From contig NC_042999.1 of the NCBI RefSeq assembly GCF_006345805.1, forward strand, positions 6,014,001 through 6,078,000: a stretch of DNA of 64,000 nucleotides, read 5' to 3'. The stretch is from Octopus sinensis. Lineage: Eukaryota. The notes beneath the pieces were generated by a model. That model had not been told where the DNA came from and did no database searches. It worked only from the letters and a program-made list of their open reading frames with translations. A program made the translations under genes and the position numbers. Within the stretch, counting starts at the first letter, position 1, and the number at the start of each line of letters is the position of its first letter. Below are positions 27,147 through 38,819 of this stretch, in pieces.

Positions 27147-27751
27147 TATTTCTTTATTGCCCACAAGGGGCTAAACATAGAAGGGGACGAGCAAGGACAG
27201 ACAAACGGATTAAGTCGATTATATCGACCCCAGTGCGTGACTGGTACTTAATTTATCAACCCCGAAAGGATGAAAGGCAAAGTCGACCTCGGCGGAATTT
27301 GAACTCTCAACGTAACGGCAGACGAAATACCTATTTCTTTACTACCCACAAGGGGCTAAACACAGAGGTGACAAACAAGGACAGACAGACAGCCGGATTA
27401 AGTCGATTATATCGACCCCAGTGCGTAACTGGTACTTAATTTATCGACCCCGAAAGGATGAACGGCAAAGTCGACCTCGGCGGAATTTGAACTCACAACG
27501 TAACGGCAGACGAAATACCTATTTCTTTACTACCCACAAGGGGCTAAACAAAGAGGAGACAAACAAGGACAGACTGACGGATTAAGTCGATTATATCGAC
27601 CCCAGTGCGTAACTGGTACTTAATTTATCGACCCCGAAAGGATGAACGGCAAAGTCGACCTCGGCGGAATTTGAACTCACAACGTAGCGGCAGACGAAAT
27701 ACGGCTACGCATTTCACCCGGCGTGCTAACGATTTGCCAGCTCGCCGCCTT
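27147..27751 (-). mobile_element. SINE family A, tandem trimer
   Basis: Three ~185-bp bodies, one full tRNA head, two identical GACGAAATACCTATTTCTTTACTACCC junctions. Confidence 0.93.
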
Positions 27752-27821
27752 ACACACATATATATATATATATGTGACCTGACATAATAATAATATTGAA
27801 CCCCGACCACCTCTTACAACT

Positions 27822-28007
27822 TGTCATATGTCACAAAACTTGTAAGACAATATCTGGACTTAAAGACATTTGCTAGTTCTGGAAACCATTTCTTCAGAAT
27901 CAGGTTCCAAAGGGCAGAGATACGGAAGAAACTTGAATACTATCTGTCACTTGTGTTTTAAACCCTGTCAGTCAGCAGCTGGTCTTAAAAGTCATTTAAG
28001 GGCTCAT
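27822..28007 (+). pseudogene. Relic of two tandem C2H2 zinc fingers, probably the C-terminus of a LINE ORF2
   Basis: 27945-28007 reads CHLCFKPCQSAAGLKSHLRAH (C-x2-C-x12-H-x3-H); a frameshifted CH.CHKTCKTISGLK.HL lies upstream; no TGEKP linker. Confidence 0.6.
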
Positions 28008-28113
28008 CAACGGATGGATTGTGCTGTATGATGGGGTGTGGTGTGTGTATGTTGATGAGGCGACTATCGTATATCAAGATGAAGTAATTATCATATATAT
28101 GTGTGTGTGTGTG

Positions 28114-28149
<36 letters not shown>

Positions 28150-28154
<5 letters not shown>

Positions 28155-28372
28155 AGCGTCCTTGTGTTTGTGTTTCTCCTCCTCTTCCCACTTGAGAACC
28201 GGTGTTGGCGTGTATACGTCCCAGTAACTTAGTGGTTCGGCAAAAGAAACTGATAGAATAAGTACCGGGTTTTCAAAAAAAATACGGAGTTCGTTGCGTT
28301 CGACATAAAATTATTCAAGGCGGTTCCCCAGCATGGCTGTAGTCTAATGACTGAAACAAGTAAAATATAAAA

Positions 28373-28375
<3 letters not shown>
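28150..28375 (+). mobile_element. 3' half of SINE family B, diverged
   Basis: AACTTAGTGGTTCGGCAAAAG...GATAGAATAAGTAC...CAGCATGGCTGTAGTCTAATGACTGAAACAAGTAAAA. Confidence 0.8.
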
Positions 28376-28407
<32 letters not shown>

Positions 28408-28430
28408 CATGTATGTATCTTTTATCTTTG

Positions 28431-28468
<38 letters not shown>

Positions 28469-28536
28469 ATATATATGTATGTGCATATATATATACATAT
28501 ATATATAACATATATATATATTATATATATTATATA

Positions 28537-28567
<31 letters not shown>

Positions 28568-28699
28568 CATGCATATATACTATATGTATTTGTATATACA
28601 TGCATATATACATATATCTATGCGTGTGTGTATATATACATACAAGTATATATCTTTTATCTTTCTATATATATGTATGTATGTGCATATATATATCTA

Positions 28700-28746
<47 letters not shown>

Positions 28747-29419
28747 GTGTGTGTGGTGTGTGTGTTTAAAAGTCTACGAATTCGTGCCTATGAGAAAAAA
28801 ATCTATTTTGGGGTTAATAAAATTATTTAGAGCAAGGTTAGCTAACCTGTGAACTGTTGGCCAAAATAGCGCATTGGCCGACTTGATATAAACACATAGC
28901 ATTGTTTCGTACATGTTTGACAGTTGGTACGACCCCGACGCCGCAGCCAACGCCGGTCCATCGCAAATGTCTATCTTACCCAGGCTACAGGTGACACTCC
29001 TACGCAACAGAACTGGCTTTGTTTGGCCTTTGTGAATGTTTGCAGGTTTCTTCTTAAACCTGCAAATGTTCACAAATTAAACCTTGTTTTCACATTAAGC
29101 ATCGAGCAGAAAGTGATAGTAAGTGGGAAAATGAATTCATATTTATATCATTGTGTATTGTTGGTGAAAATAGTTTCTCATAGACTGGAAGACTTGGCCT
29201 TAACAGATACTATGGAATATTAACATCAAGCTAAAATTCTAGGGAAAACTGGAGGTAGTGCTCGGATCTGAGTTACGTTTAGTAGACGGGGCTTGATAAA
29301 TTCTGTCTTGTTTTGACTGATAATGTTACTTCAGGATTAATTAATTAGTTAATAGTATTAAGTGACTGGCTTGACATTTGCAAATAACTCACAATGTCTA
29401 CAAGTAAACTAGAAGCAAA

Positions 29420-30536
29420 AACAAAAGGGTTAGTACAGCAATATGATATTATCGTACGATAATTCGTATCAACTTTCCATGCAACAATCGTAACAATTCA
29501 TCTTTAGATTTAGGTTTCTGTCGAGTTTTTCGTACAACTAGTATGCTCCGAAGATTTTCAATTGGGTTCATGTCAGGAGATTGGCTTGGTCAAGGAAGCT
29601 TTTTGATCCCATTTTCAGTCAACCATTGTTGATTCCTTTTCGCTGTGTGGCATGGAGCCCCATCTTCCACGAATAAAAACTCATTTTTCGTTATGTTATC
29701 ATGTGAATACATCGGAAGTAGTCCTTGCTTAAGTATTTCAGTGTATTTTTCGGAGTTTATGGTTCCAACACATTCGATCAGCTCAGAGCGACCATTGCTG
29801 GTGACAGCTCCCCATACCATTATAGAGATACCGCCATGTTTCACAGTTGGTTGGAGTCGCTTCAAATCAAATTCTTGATTGGGAAGCCTCCAGACCCAAA
29901 TACGTCCACTGTCTGAAAGTAATGCAAATCTGGATTCATCTGAGAAAATCACACTATCCCAAAATGAACTGGATTTTTCTGACATCTCCTTAGCCCATTC
30001 CTTTCTTTTTCGTGATATTAATTGGTTGAAGGAAAGGTTTTTTTCTAGCTGCTCGTCCATAATACCCAAGCTTATGCAGATATGTAACACACGTTCTTGG
30101 ACTAACTTCTAGCTGTTTTGCAATGTCAGAAGCCTTCAAACGGGGTTTGTTTTCCACAATTCTCTTCAAACAGCGAAGATACCTTTCCGAGGGCCCAGGT
30201 CGGCCTGGACGAGAATCTGTGGATTCTTTTCCTTGGCTTTTGAATTGCACTATAATTCTATTAACAGTAGCAAGAGGAATTTGAAGATTTTTGGCATTTT
30301 TTCATTGGCTAAGACCAGCTTCAGATTGCCCAACAATACGACCTCTTTGAAAATCTGACAGTTCTGCTGAATTTTTTGTGCGTGGCATGGTTACTCTTCG
30401 CAAATGCTTAATATAATGGCACCTGGAATGAAAAAAAATAATTACATTGTAAATTCTACCCCGCTGAAAACTATAACACGCTTAGATCAGAAATTTTGAA
30501 AATTAAAGGTGTCTATTTACTTCCTGCATGTCTGTG
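29420..30536 (-). mobile_element. Decayed Tc1 DD34E transposon
   Basis: ATG at 30388 (MPRTKNSAELSDFQRGRIVG); [11 protein letters not shown]; VIFSDESRF; VKHGGISIMVWG; EDGAPCH...LP*PSQSPDMNPIE gives D-x34-E with TGG mutated to TGA at 29590-29592; ends uncertain. Confidence 0.9.
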
Positions 30537-30685
30537 TATATATTATCATTTTCCTTCTTTCCTCTTTCTCTTTTTCTCTTTAAGTGTTTTCTCTATTCAT
30601 TGCCCCTGTTTTGTTTTTACCCATTTTCCTACTACATTCACTTTTCTTCCTCATTTCCCCGATACTTCCCTTTTTCTTTCTTTAC

Positions 30686-30717
30686 TTCTGTTGAAGGGCC
30701 AACGCCCGAAACGTTAA
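30686..30717 (+). ncRNA. Minimal type I hammerhead-like motif with A6U lesion, in a pyrimidine-rich PLE-LTR-like fragment
   Basis: CTGTTGA-A-GGGC caac GCCC-GAA-ACGT-T; stem I only 2 bp. Confidence 0.55.
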
Positions 30718-31731
30718 TACTCTCGTCCCTCAAGCAATAAACTAAAACCCTGTTTCTCGAACTTTGCTCTTCCTGTGTCGTCCTTTTTAATATTTATTAT
30801 CTTTCTCCTAATTTAAATATACTCCGACATTTTATCGAAATTTCATTTTCCTTATCACCTCCTTATTTTAATTTACCTAATCAATTAATTGGTTTATTAT
30901 TTTCATTAAAAAAAAACAAATGCCAGGAAAATTCAGCTGTAGCTAATAATACGTGTGAACATGAATATTTTTTCCAGTTCATATCACACCGAAGATAAGA
31001 TTTCCCAGCTACAAGTAGACTTCACCCAACAATAGACATATAGACTATCCTATCATTAACTCGATGCTTAAATTACTTACCTTTAATTTACAATTTTATA
31101 ATTACATTTTACACCTTATACTTACAAATACAGTTTTATATTTCTATTAAGCACCCCTGCCTCACATATCTCTGTCAATCCTCATTCATTCATTTTTTTC
31201 CCTTTCTTCCCCCTCTTTCTGAAAGTGTTAATACAAGCATAGATATAATTACAACTATGACAGCCCTCGTCACTTAATTTATTTGGAAGTAGAATAAATC
31301 TGCAATAATATCTATTTATATTATATGCTTTAATAATATATATATATATATTTCCTAAGTCACGTCTTCTTTGCAATATTAAAATTACACACTACACACG
31401 ATAACCTTTTCTCACCAAAAGCACTAAATACATTCAAGAAATCTAGTCATAATTGCAACCTATGTACTTAATTATCTCCTGTTGTACACGACTTCTAAGG
31501 GCCTGGCCAATTTCTATTAATAATAATAATACAGTGCTTTATACGGGCATGTGATATTCTGTGGGTTTTATTCCATCGTACAACTCTGAATGAATTATCT
31601 TCCTTTGACTTTTCAAAACATATTCATGGCGCATCAGTACAAGAATTTTCTAAATGAACAGAAAACAACCGGTCTGCTTTAAAGATTTTGTGAATATGCT
31701 TGAAAAAATATGTTTAAAAAGTTTATATATA

Positions 31732-31837
31732 CAGGGTGTTCAAAAAGTCTCTCCGTAGGAGGGAATTTTTCGGTGAACGTATTATTTCGAAGGGACTTTG
31801 GCCACCAAGATCACCTGATTTAACACCTCCAGACTTT
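31732..31837 (+). mobile_element. Tc1/mariner remnant: TIR fused directly to the catalytic C-terminal motif
   Basis: TA|CAGGGTGTTCAAAAAGTC followed by GERIISKGLWPPRSPDLTPPDF. Confidence 0.75.
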
Positions 31838-31935
31838 AGTAGAAGACATTTCCCCAAGGTGCCACGCAGTGGGACTGAACTCGGAACCATGTGGTTGGAA
31901 AGAAAGCTTCTTACCATACAGCTACTCCTGCGCCT
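31838..31935 (-). mobile_element. SINE family B head fragment
   Basis: AGGCGCAGGAGTAGCTGTATGGTAAG...GAGTTCAGTCCCACTGCGTGGCACCTTGGG on the minus strand. Confidence 0.85.
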
Positions 31936-32160
31936 ATATATGTATATATAATTTAGCTATTTCTTCTACTATAAGAGGAATTTCCCAGAACAATGTATAC
32001 TCAAAAACAATTCAGTAGGCATAGAGGGAAAAATAACGAAAGTTCACCTGGATATATATATATAATATATATATATTTATATTTATATATCTATATATAT
32101 ATATATATATCTATATTATCTATATATAGATATATATATTATAACATCTATCTATATATC

Positions 32161-32204
<44 letters not shown>

Positions 32205-32205
32205 C

Positions 32206-32237
<32 letters not shown>

Positions 32238-32317
32238 TATATATATATATAATATATATAGATACATATATTATATATATATATAATATATTATATAATA
32301 TAGAATATAGATAGATA

Positions 32318-32397
<80 letters not shown>

Positions 32398-32398
32398 A

Positions 32399-32431
<33 letters not shown>

Positions 32432-32484
32432 CCAGGTGAACTTTCGTTATTTTTCCCTCTATATATATATTTTTCCCTCTATAT

Positions 32485-32560
<76 letters not shown>

Positions 32561-32608
32561 GAGATAGATAGATAGATAGATAGAAAGATAGATAGATAGA
32601 TATGTATG

Positions 32609-33007
32609 TTAGGGGTAGCCATATTGAAATGGCAAAAATACGTCATGTTGTGTTACCGCTACTGTATATAACTCCCATTGATATTTATTCATTGTTTGAT
32701 TTCACTTTTTCAATATCAGCGACAGTGGACGCTGGAAAAGTATATAAGTATTTGTGAAGGAATCTAATTCTCGGCGACAACTATGATTGTCACACGCTGA
32801 CGAGAGGTCAATACCTCGAAACTCGAGTCCGTGTGTATCATAAGTTGAAGACGGGAAGGATGACTTCCCTTTGCAAAACTGACAGGACACAGAACAGAAA
32901 GTGTGTCTATGGCCAGCTGGAGGAGTGTGTCCTCCTGGGGTTAAAAAACTACAGTAGCATCCACCCTTAGGGGTTAGCCATATTGAAATGGCAAAAAAAC
33001 GTCACGT
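32609..33007 (+). mobile_element. Retrozyme-like or PLE-LTR-like unit: 359-bp monomer with ~40-bp terminal direct repeats and one HHR
   Basis: TTAGGGG(T)TAGCCATATTGAAATGGCAAAAA.ACGTCA.GT at 32609-32648 and 32967-33007 (offset 359); flanked by microsatellites. Confidence 0.75.
32783..32841 (+). ncRNA. Canonical type I hammerhead ribozyme
   Basis: ATGAT-tgt-CACACG-CTGACGA-GAGG tcaata CCTC-GAA-AC tcga GT-C-CGTGTG-t-ATCAT. All core residues intact, GUC triplet (predicted cut after 32829), 6+5 bp stem I with internal loop, palindromic stem III ACTCGAGT. Confidence 0.9.
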
Positions 33008-33021
33008 ATATACAATCTATC

Positions 33022-33053
<32 letters not shown>

Positions 33054-33169
33054 TATATATATCTATAATATATATATATATATATATAGATAGATATGTA
33101 TATATATATATTATATATATATATATATATAATATATATATATATATAATATATTATATATATATAATA

Positions 33170-33207
<38 letters not shown>

Positions 33208-33224
33208 ATATATATATTAGATAT

Positions 33225-33261
<37 letters not shown>

Positions 33262-34128
33262 AGGTGAACTTTCGTTATTTTTCCCTCTATGCCTACGTGA
33301 ATTGAGTATACATTGTCTGGGAAATTGAGTATACATGTCGGGAAATTCCTCTTATAGTAGAAGAAATAGCTAAATTCTTTGGCTGCTATTTCTAAAAATT
33401 CGGTATGTGGACATGTACGGCGTGGCAGAGGACCAAATATTCTTTCTTTGCTTATGGAGAGCTTTATTTAAATTGTAGTTATTTGTTCCGACGAGCAAAC
33501 TGTGAGCTTAGGTTTAGAGTTTTCAAAACCTCGACCTTGAAAAAGACTCCAAACTCGCTGCACTTTTTGGTCATCTCGGTCCTTCTTCATACAATCATAA
33601 CTCACCAAGCAATCGGAACATTTCCCACAAGCAATAACCTCTTTCATGAACGTTCTGTTGTTTAGCTTCGTCTCCAACAGAAGGCTTCTTCGCTTCCCAT
33701 AAGCCATATTTTATTACCTTAACTTTTCAACGATATGACAAACAAACAAAATCCAAATGGTCCTATAACAATATCAAATTTATTACTTTTCTTTTCACTG
33801 CCTGTCGCCTCCCTCTCTCCTATTCCCTCTCTTATATAACCTTTATAATTCAATTGAGTGTGTGAGCAACATAGTTTCAGAAATAGGTTCAACAATAACA
33901 GGCCAGAAATCTCTCTCAGTTGAAATCTAGATCGAGGTTACACAAATTGATAGACATTAACGCAACACCAACAACGTAGGCTTTTTATAAAACATAACTA
34001 TTCTAATTTTCGTTCCCTCAAATGTCGAAATTTCTTTTTATCTTCTAAAAGACAAGACGTTCTTTAAGGGGCCCTTTGAGGGATAAAAACACAAGCTCAA
34101 TCCTGACTGGTTTTTGAATACCAAATAC

Positions 34129-34364
34129 TTATTTCTTTATTACCCACAAGGGGCTAAACACAGAGGGGACAAACAAGGACAGACATAGGTATTAAGTCGA
34201 TTACATCGACCCCAGTGCGTAACTGGTACTTAATTTATCGACCCTGAAAGGATGAAAAGCAAAGTCGACCTCGGCGGAATTTGAACTCACAACGTAACGG
34301 CAGACGAAATACCACTAAGCATTTCGCCCGACGCGCTAACGATTCTGCCAGCTCGCCGCCTTAA
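34129..34364 (-). mobile_element. SINE family A monomer
   Basis: 14-bp TSD TGAATACCAAATAC at 34115-34128 and 34365-34378. Confidence 0.93.
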
Positions 34365-34782
34365 TGAATACCAAATACCGAGTGCCGTCTTCTACCATTC
34401 CAGCATCTTCCTTTGGATTAGAAATAAATCAATCTCCATCCTCCGAAGTACATCTTGGTCGGAAATAGCCTATAGTAGACGACACTTGCCCGAGGTGCTA
34501 CGTAGTGGGACTGAACCCAGGACCATGTGGTTTTGGTGTACAAAGATCCTGGGTAAAGAAATAAACTGACGGCGTTACGACGTTATCTTCTCTTGTCACC
34601 GGAGTCGATGTAAGAGACTTAATCTCTTCCCGAAATTGCTGGCCTTGTGCCAATATTTGGAACTAATAATTAATACTTCTTGTTAAATATTGTTTCCAAT
34701 TATGATTTCGAAGTATATATATATCTATATATATATATAATAATATATATATATATATATCTATATATATATATATATATAT

Positions 34783-35030
34783 ATATTGTTAAAGGAACGT
34801 GGGTAAGGCCAAAACAATGCAAGGTAAATCACAAGAACACAAATATATGAATTAATGTAGACTTACCTTGTATTCAATATTTCGGGGTTATCACCCCATT
34901 ATCATGAAATTAACCCTGAAATATTGAATACAAGTTAAGTCTACATTAATTCACATATTTGTTTTCTTGTGATTTGCCTTGCATTTACTTCGCATTGTTC
35001 TGGCCTTACCCACAATCCTTTATACAATAT
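34783..35030. repeat. Foldback element (~105-bp imperfect arms) next to (TA)n, with a decayed HHR-like tip
   Basis: GTGGGTAAGGCC...CTTGTATTCAATATTTCGGGGTTA and its reverse complement TAACCCTGAAATATTGAATACAAG...GGCCTTACCCAC. Confidence 0.9.
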
Positions 35031-35080
35031 ATTCTACACAATGCTTCATAGTAATTATTCCATTAGATAGATAGACAGAC

Positions 35081-35123
<43 letters not shown>

Positions 35124-35124
35124 C

Positions 35125-35217
<93 letters not shown>

Positions 35218-35219
35218 TA

Positions 35220-35450
35220 CAGTAATCCCTCGCCCCATCACGATTCACCTATCGCGCCCTCAGTACATCGCAGATTTTTCTGGCTAATATATGTAAAATT
35301 ATATCGCGGACTCCTCAGTATATCGCGGGTTTATGCGGCCGATAGGTGTTTAGATTTTTTTAGATTTTAATTATTTCTGTGGTAAAAAAGCATTTTCACG
35401 CCTAAAAATTAATAAATAAAGAATAGAGGATTAAAATATATTAAAAGAAA
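35220..35450 (+). mobile_element. Tigger/pogo-like MITE fragment
   Basis: TA|CAGTAATCCCTCG terminus shared with the element at 48281-48534; right end not found. Confidence 0.6.
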
Positions 35451-35451
35451 G

Positions 35452-35610
35452 GCACAGGAGTGGCTGTGTGGTAAGTAGGTTGCTTACCACATGGTCCTGG
35501 GTTCAGTCTCACTGCATGGTACCTCGGGCGAGTGTCTTCTACGATAGCCTCGGGCCGACCAAAGCGTTGTGAGTGAATTTGGTAACAGAAACTGAAAGAG
35601 CCCCGCCGTA
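35452..35610 (+). mobile_element. SINE family B 5' half
   Basis: GGCACAGGAGTGGCTGTGTGGTAAG...GGGTTCAGTCTC...GAAACTGAAAG. Confidence 0.85.
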
Positions 35611-35739
35611 TAATATATATATATTATAATATAATATATTATATATATTATATATATTATATATATATATATAAATTCTAAAATCTTTATTACCCTGATA
35701 TTATTAATATATATACATATATTGAAAGACTTCCAGTCT

Positions 35740-35956
35740 TTCAATATGTGACCTCGTGAGTACCGCTGGCGATTTTTTCCTCTTTCTTCCCTTCTCTAGA
35801 TCTTTCCTTCTCCTATGTTTCCGACGAAGAGCTCCGCTCGAAACGTTAAACCCTCCTTCTTCCCTTCTTTCCTGAGTGTCCAATAATACTATATTTGTTC
35901 CACGTCCTCGCGTTGTTGTGTTTTTTTTGTTTTTTGTGTTTTCTTGTTTGGATTAA
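35740..35956 (+). mobile_element. ~215-bp HHR-bearing element (PLE-LTR-like) beside (TA)n; second copy at 60974-61180
   Basis: Both copies share termini TTCAA.ATGTGACC and TTTGGATTAA; motif GTTT-CCGACGA-A-GAGC tcc GCTC-GAA-ACGT-T-AAAC at 35817-35851. Confidence 0.85.
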
Positions 35957-36045
35957 TACACACACCACATATATATATATATATAATATATATATATACC
36001 ATATATATATACATATACATTATATATATATATATATACAATATA

Positions 36046-36119
<74 letters not shown>

Positions 36120-36132
36120 TATATTATATATA

Positions 36133-36174
<42 letters not shown>

Positions 36175-36191
36175 TAATTATACACATTATA

Positions 36192-36227
<36 letters not shown>

Positions 36228-36229
<2 letters not shown>

Positions 36230-36624
36230 GCGCAGGAGTGGCTGTGTGGTAAGTAGCTTGCTAACCAACCACATGGTTCCGGGTTCAGTCCCACTACGTG
36301 GCATCTTGGACAAGTGTCTTCTGCTATAGCCCCGGGCCGACCAATGCCTTGTGAGTGGATTTGGTAGACGGAAACTGAAAGAAGCCTGTCGTATATATGT
36401 ATATATATATATATGTGTGTGTTTGTGTGTCTGTGTTTGTCGCCCTAGCATTGCTTGACAACCGATGCTGGTGTGTTTACGTCCACTTAGCGGTTCGGCA
36501 AAAACGACCGATAGAATAAGTACTGGACTTACAAAGAATAAGTCCCGGGGTCGATTTGCTCGACTAAAGGCGGTGCTCCAGCATGGCCGCAGTCAAATGA
36601 CTGAAACAAGTAAAAGACTAAAAA
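36228..36624 (+). mobile_element. SINE family B, full length
   Basis: tRNA-like head, CORE-like CTTGGACAAGTGTCTT, central (TA)n, 3' module, GTAAAAGA tail. Confidence 0.93.
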
Positions 36625-37039
36625 AAATTACTAAAGGACACACACACACATATATATCTGTGTGTGAATTTGTATGTGTGTGTGCATCACACATTTCACC
36701 AGGTAAGACGCGGAATTTTTCCTCTGGCCTCTGATCTTTGATATTAAAAATTGGTTTTAAGCTTTGCCAGGTTCTTGTAATTGTTAACAGTCTCGCATTT
36801 GTGGCATTTACAGTCATGAAACCTTCCCATGTCCTTGACCGGTCTGTTTACCCCAACAGACCAGGTTTGAGAGAAGGACAATCATACAGTGTCTTCAAAA
36901 TTCACAAACTCATTCTCTCTCTCTCTCTCACACCCTCTCTCATTTTCTCCTTCCTCTCTCTTGTTTCTCAAATAACAAAGAAAAAATTACAATATCACCT
37001 CAGAACGTAGCTGACCCTTCTACCTTAATTCAAACACAA

Positions 37040-37235
37040 TATTGATTTTCAAATTTTAGTACAAGGCCAGCAATTTCGGATGAGAGGCCAAGTCTATTAC
37101 ATCGATCAATTGCTACTTATTTGATCGACCCTGAGAGGGATGGAAGGCAAAGTCGGCCTCGGTGGAATTTGAGCTCGGAACATAAAGACGAACGAAATGC
37201 TTCCAAGCATTTTGTCCGGCGTGCTGACGATTTAA
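37040..37235 (-). mobile_element. SINE family A2, diverged
   Basis: ACAAGGCCAGCAATTTCGG tail and GGCAAAGTCGGCCTCGGTGGAATTTGAGC body. Confidence 0.78.
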
Positions 37236-37482
37236 TTCGGCACCTTTTTATTTTTCAAACTATATTTGTTTCAAATATAACATCATTCCTGTAAAGTGTA
37301 AACAAGCCTTTCCGTAGTCGTCCAACCTGCTTAAAATAGCATCGAAGCCACTCTCAACTCACATCACACCCTTTGATAAAAGATCAGTTCGGTAATGCAG
37401 TTTTACATAACCCTAAAAAGACTCGTTGAGGGAAGCCTTTAATCAGGTGTCTGCTCAACCAGGGTTGACCTGTGGACAAATA

Positions 37483-37870
37483 GGAGGAGGAGGAAGCACT
37501 CCGTCGGTTACGACGACGAGGGTTCCGGTTGGTCCGATCAACGGAACAGCCTGCTCGTGAAATTAACGTGTAAGTGGCTGAGCACTCCACAGACACGTGT
37601 ACCCTTAACGTAGTTCTCGGGGATATTCAGCGTGACACAGAGAGTGACAAGGCCGGCCCTTTGAAATACAGGTACAACAGAAACAGAAAGTAAGAGTGAG
37701 AGAAAGTTGTGGTGAAAGAGTACAGCAGGGATCACCACCATCCCCTGCCGGAGCCTCGTGGAGCTTTAGGTGTTTTCGCTCAATAAACACTCACAACGCC
37801 CGATCTGGGAATCGAAACTGCGATCCTACGACCGCGAGACCGCTGCCCTAACCATTGGGCCACTGCGCCT
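37483..37870 (-). mobile_element. SINE family C, tail type 2, full length
   Basis: TSD TGTGGACAAATA on both sides; tRNA-like head at the right end. Confidence 0.92.
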
Positions 37871-38819
37871 CCTGTGGACAAATAATAACAACGTTGAAAG
37901 TAAACAATGAGAAAATGGATAACCCCTTTTTTTAAGATAGATTAAAACCGCTGTGAATTGTTGTCCAGGAACCAGTAAAAATGGTGTAAAACAATTATTA
38001 TGGTGGAACAATTATTCTGAAGTCTGTCAAATCATCAAAGCTGAACCTCTTCATGACTCTGGAATGTGTAGCGGGTTGTAAATTATTTTGAATGGATTAT
38101 CCTAGAATCAATATATCCCCGAATTATCCATGCCATAATTAGCCAACTTTAAATGTAAAACGAATTAATTTGTGACTCAGTTGTTTTAATTCTTTACTTC
38201 AACCATGTTTTAACGAAGTAATTCAATCATTATTCATTCAGCCACTCACCTCACTTCACCTTTCAATACAAACTACGTTATGGAGCTCTTCTTAAACAGG
38301 TAGCAATCACTTCATTAACTCGTTAAAAGCTAATGCTTTTCAAAAGTCCTTCAACTTTGTTAAGAGACGTTTATCTGATAACATGTTAATTAAATAACCA
38401 AGGTCTTATATAATTTCTTTAACTTTCTTCTCTTCCCGCTAATTATGTAACATATTCAAGCCGCCGGCTTCGGTGGTATTTTATTTACTCGTACAACAAT
38501 AGCGACGAGATCGCCAGGTGAGAAAGTCCCAAGCCTTTCATGTGTTCATCTCATACATGAGACTTAATTATAACAAAGTTCTTTCCCACACTCTTGCCAA
38601 CAATGCAACTCGTCGTAATAAGAGCGAAGTAATGATGTCTAACTGGGCAGTCAATTAACTGGAAACTGTCGTTAATAGCAGAGGCTTTGAGGTTCATCTT
38701 CAACTTTACTCTTTGACCAGTTGGAAGGCTAAAAAGGTGAAAGGTTCAAGTTCGCGACACGTTGCGATCAACCACGGTACGATTTCGGAACCTAATTGAA
38801 ACTAATTTAGTTCAATTAT

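Larger units (their letters stand above)
31950..33376. repeat. ~100-bp inverted repeats (31950-32051 and 33260-33376) enclosing (TA)n/(TAGA)n tracts and the HHR unit
   Basis: AATTTAGCTATTTCTTCTACTATAAGAGGAATTTCC...GAAAGTTCACCTGG and its reverse complement; extra partial copy at 32432-32462. Confidence 0.85.

Noticed and set aside
28315-28830. YI/VC/TH-repeat ORFs here and at many other TA and CA tracts
   Set aside because: Dinucleotide microsatellites contain no stop codons
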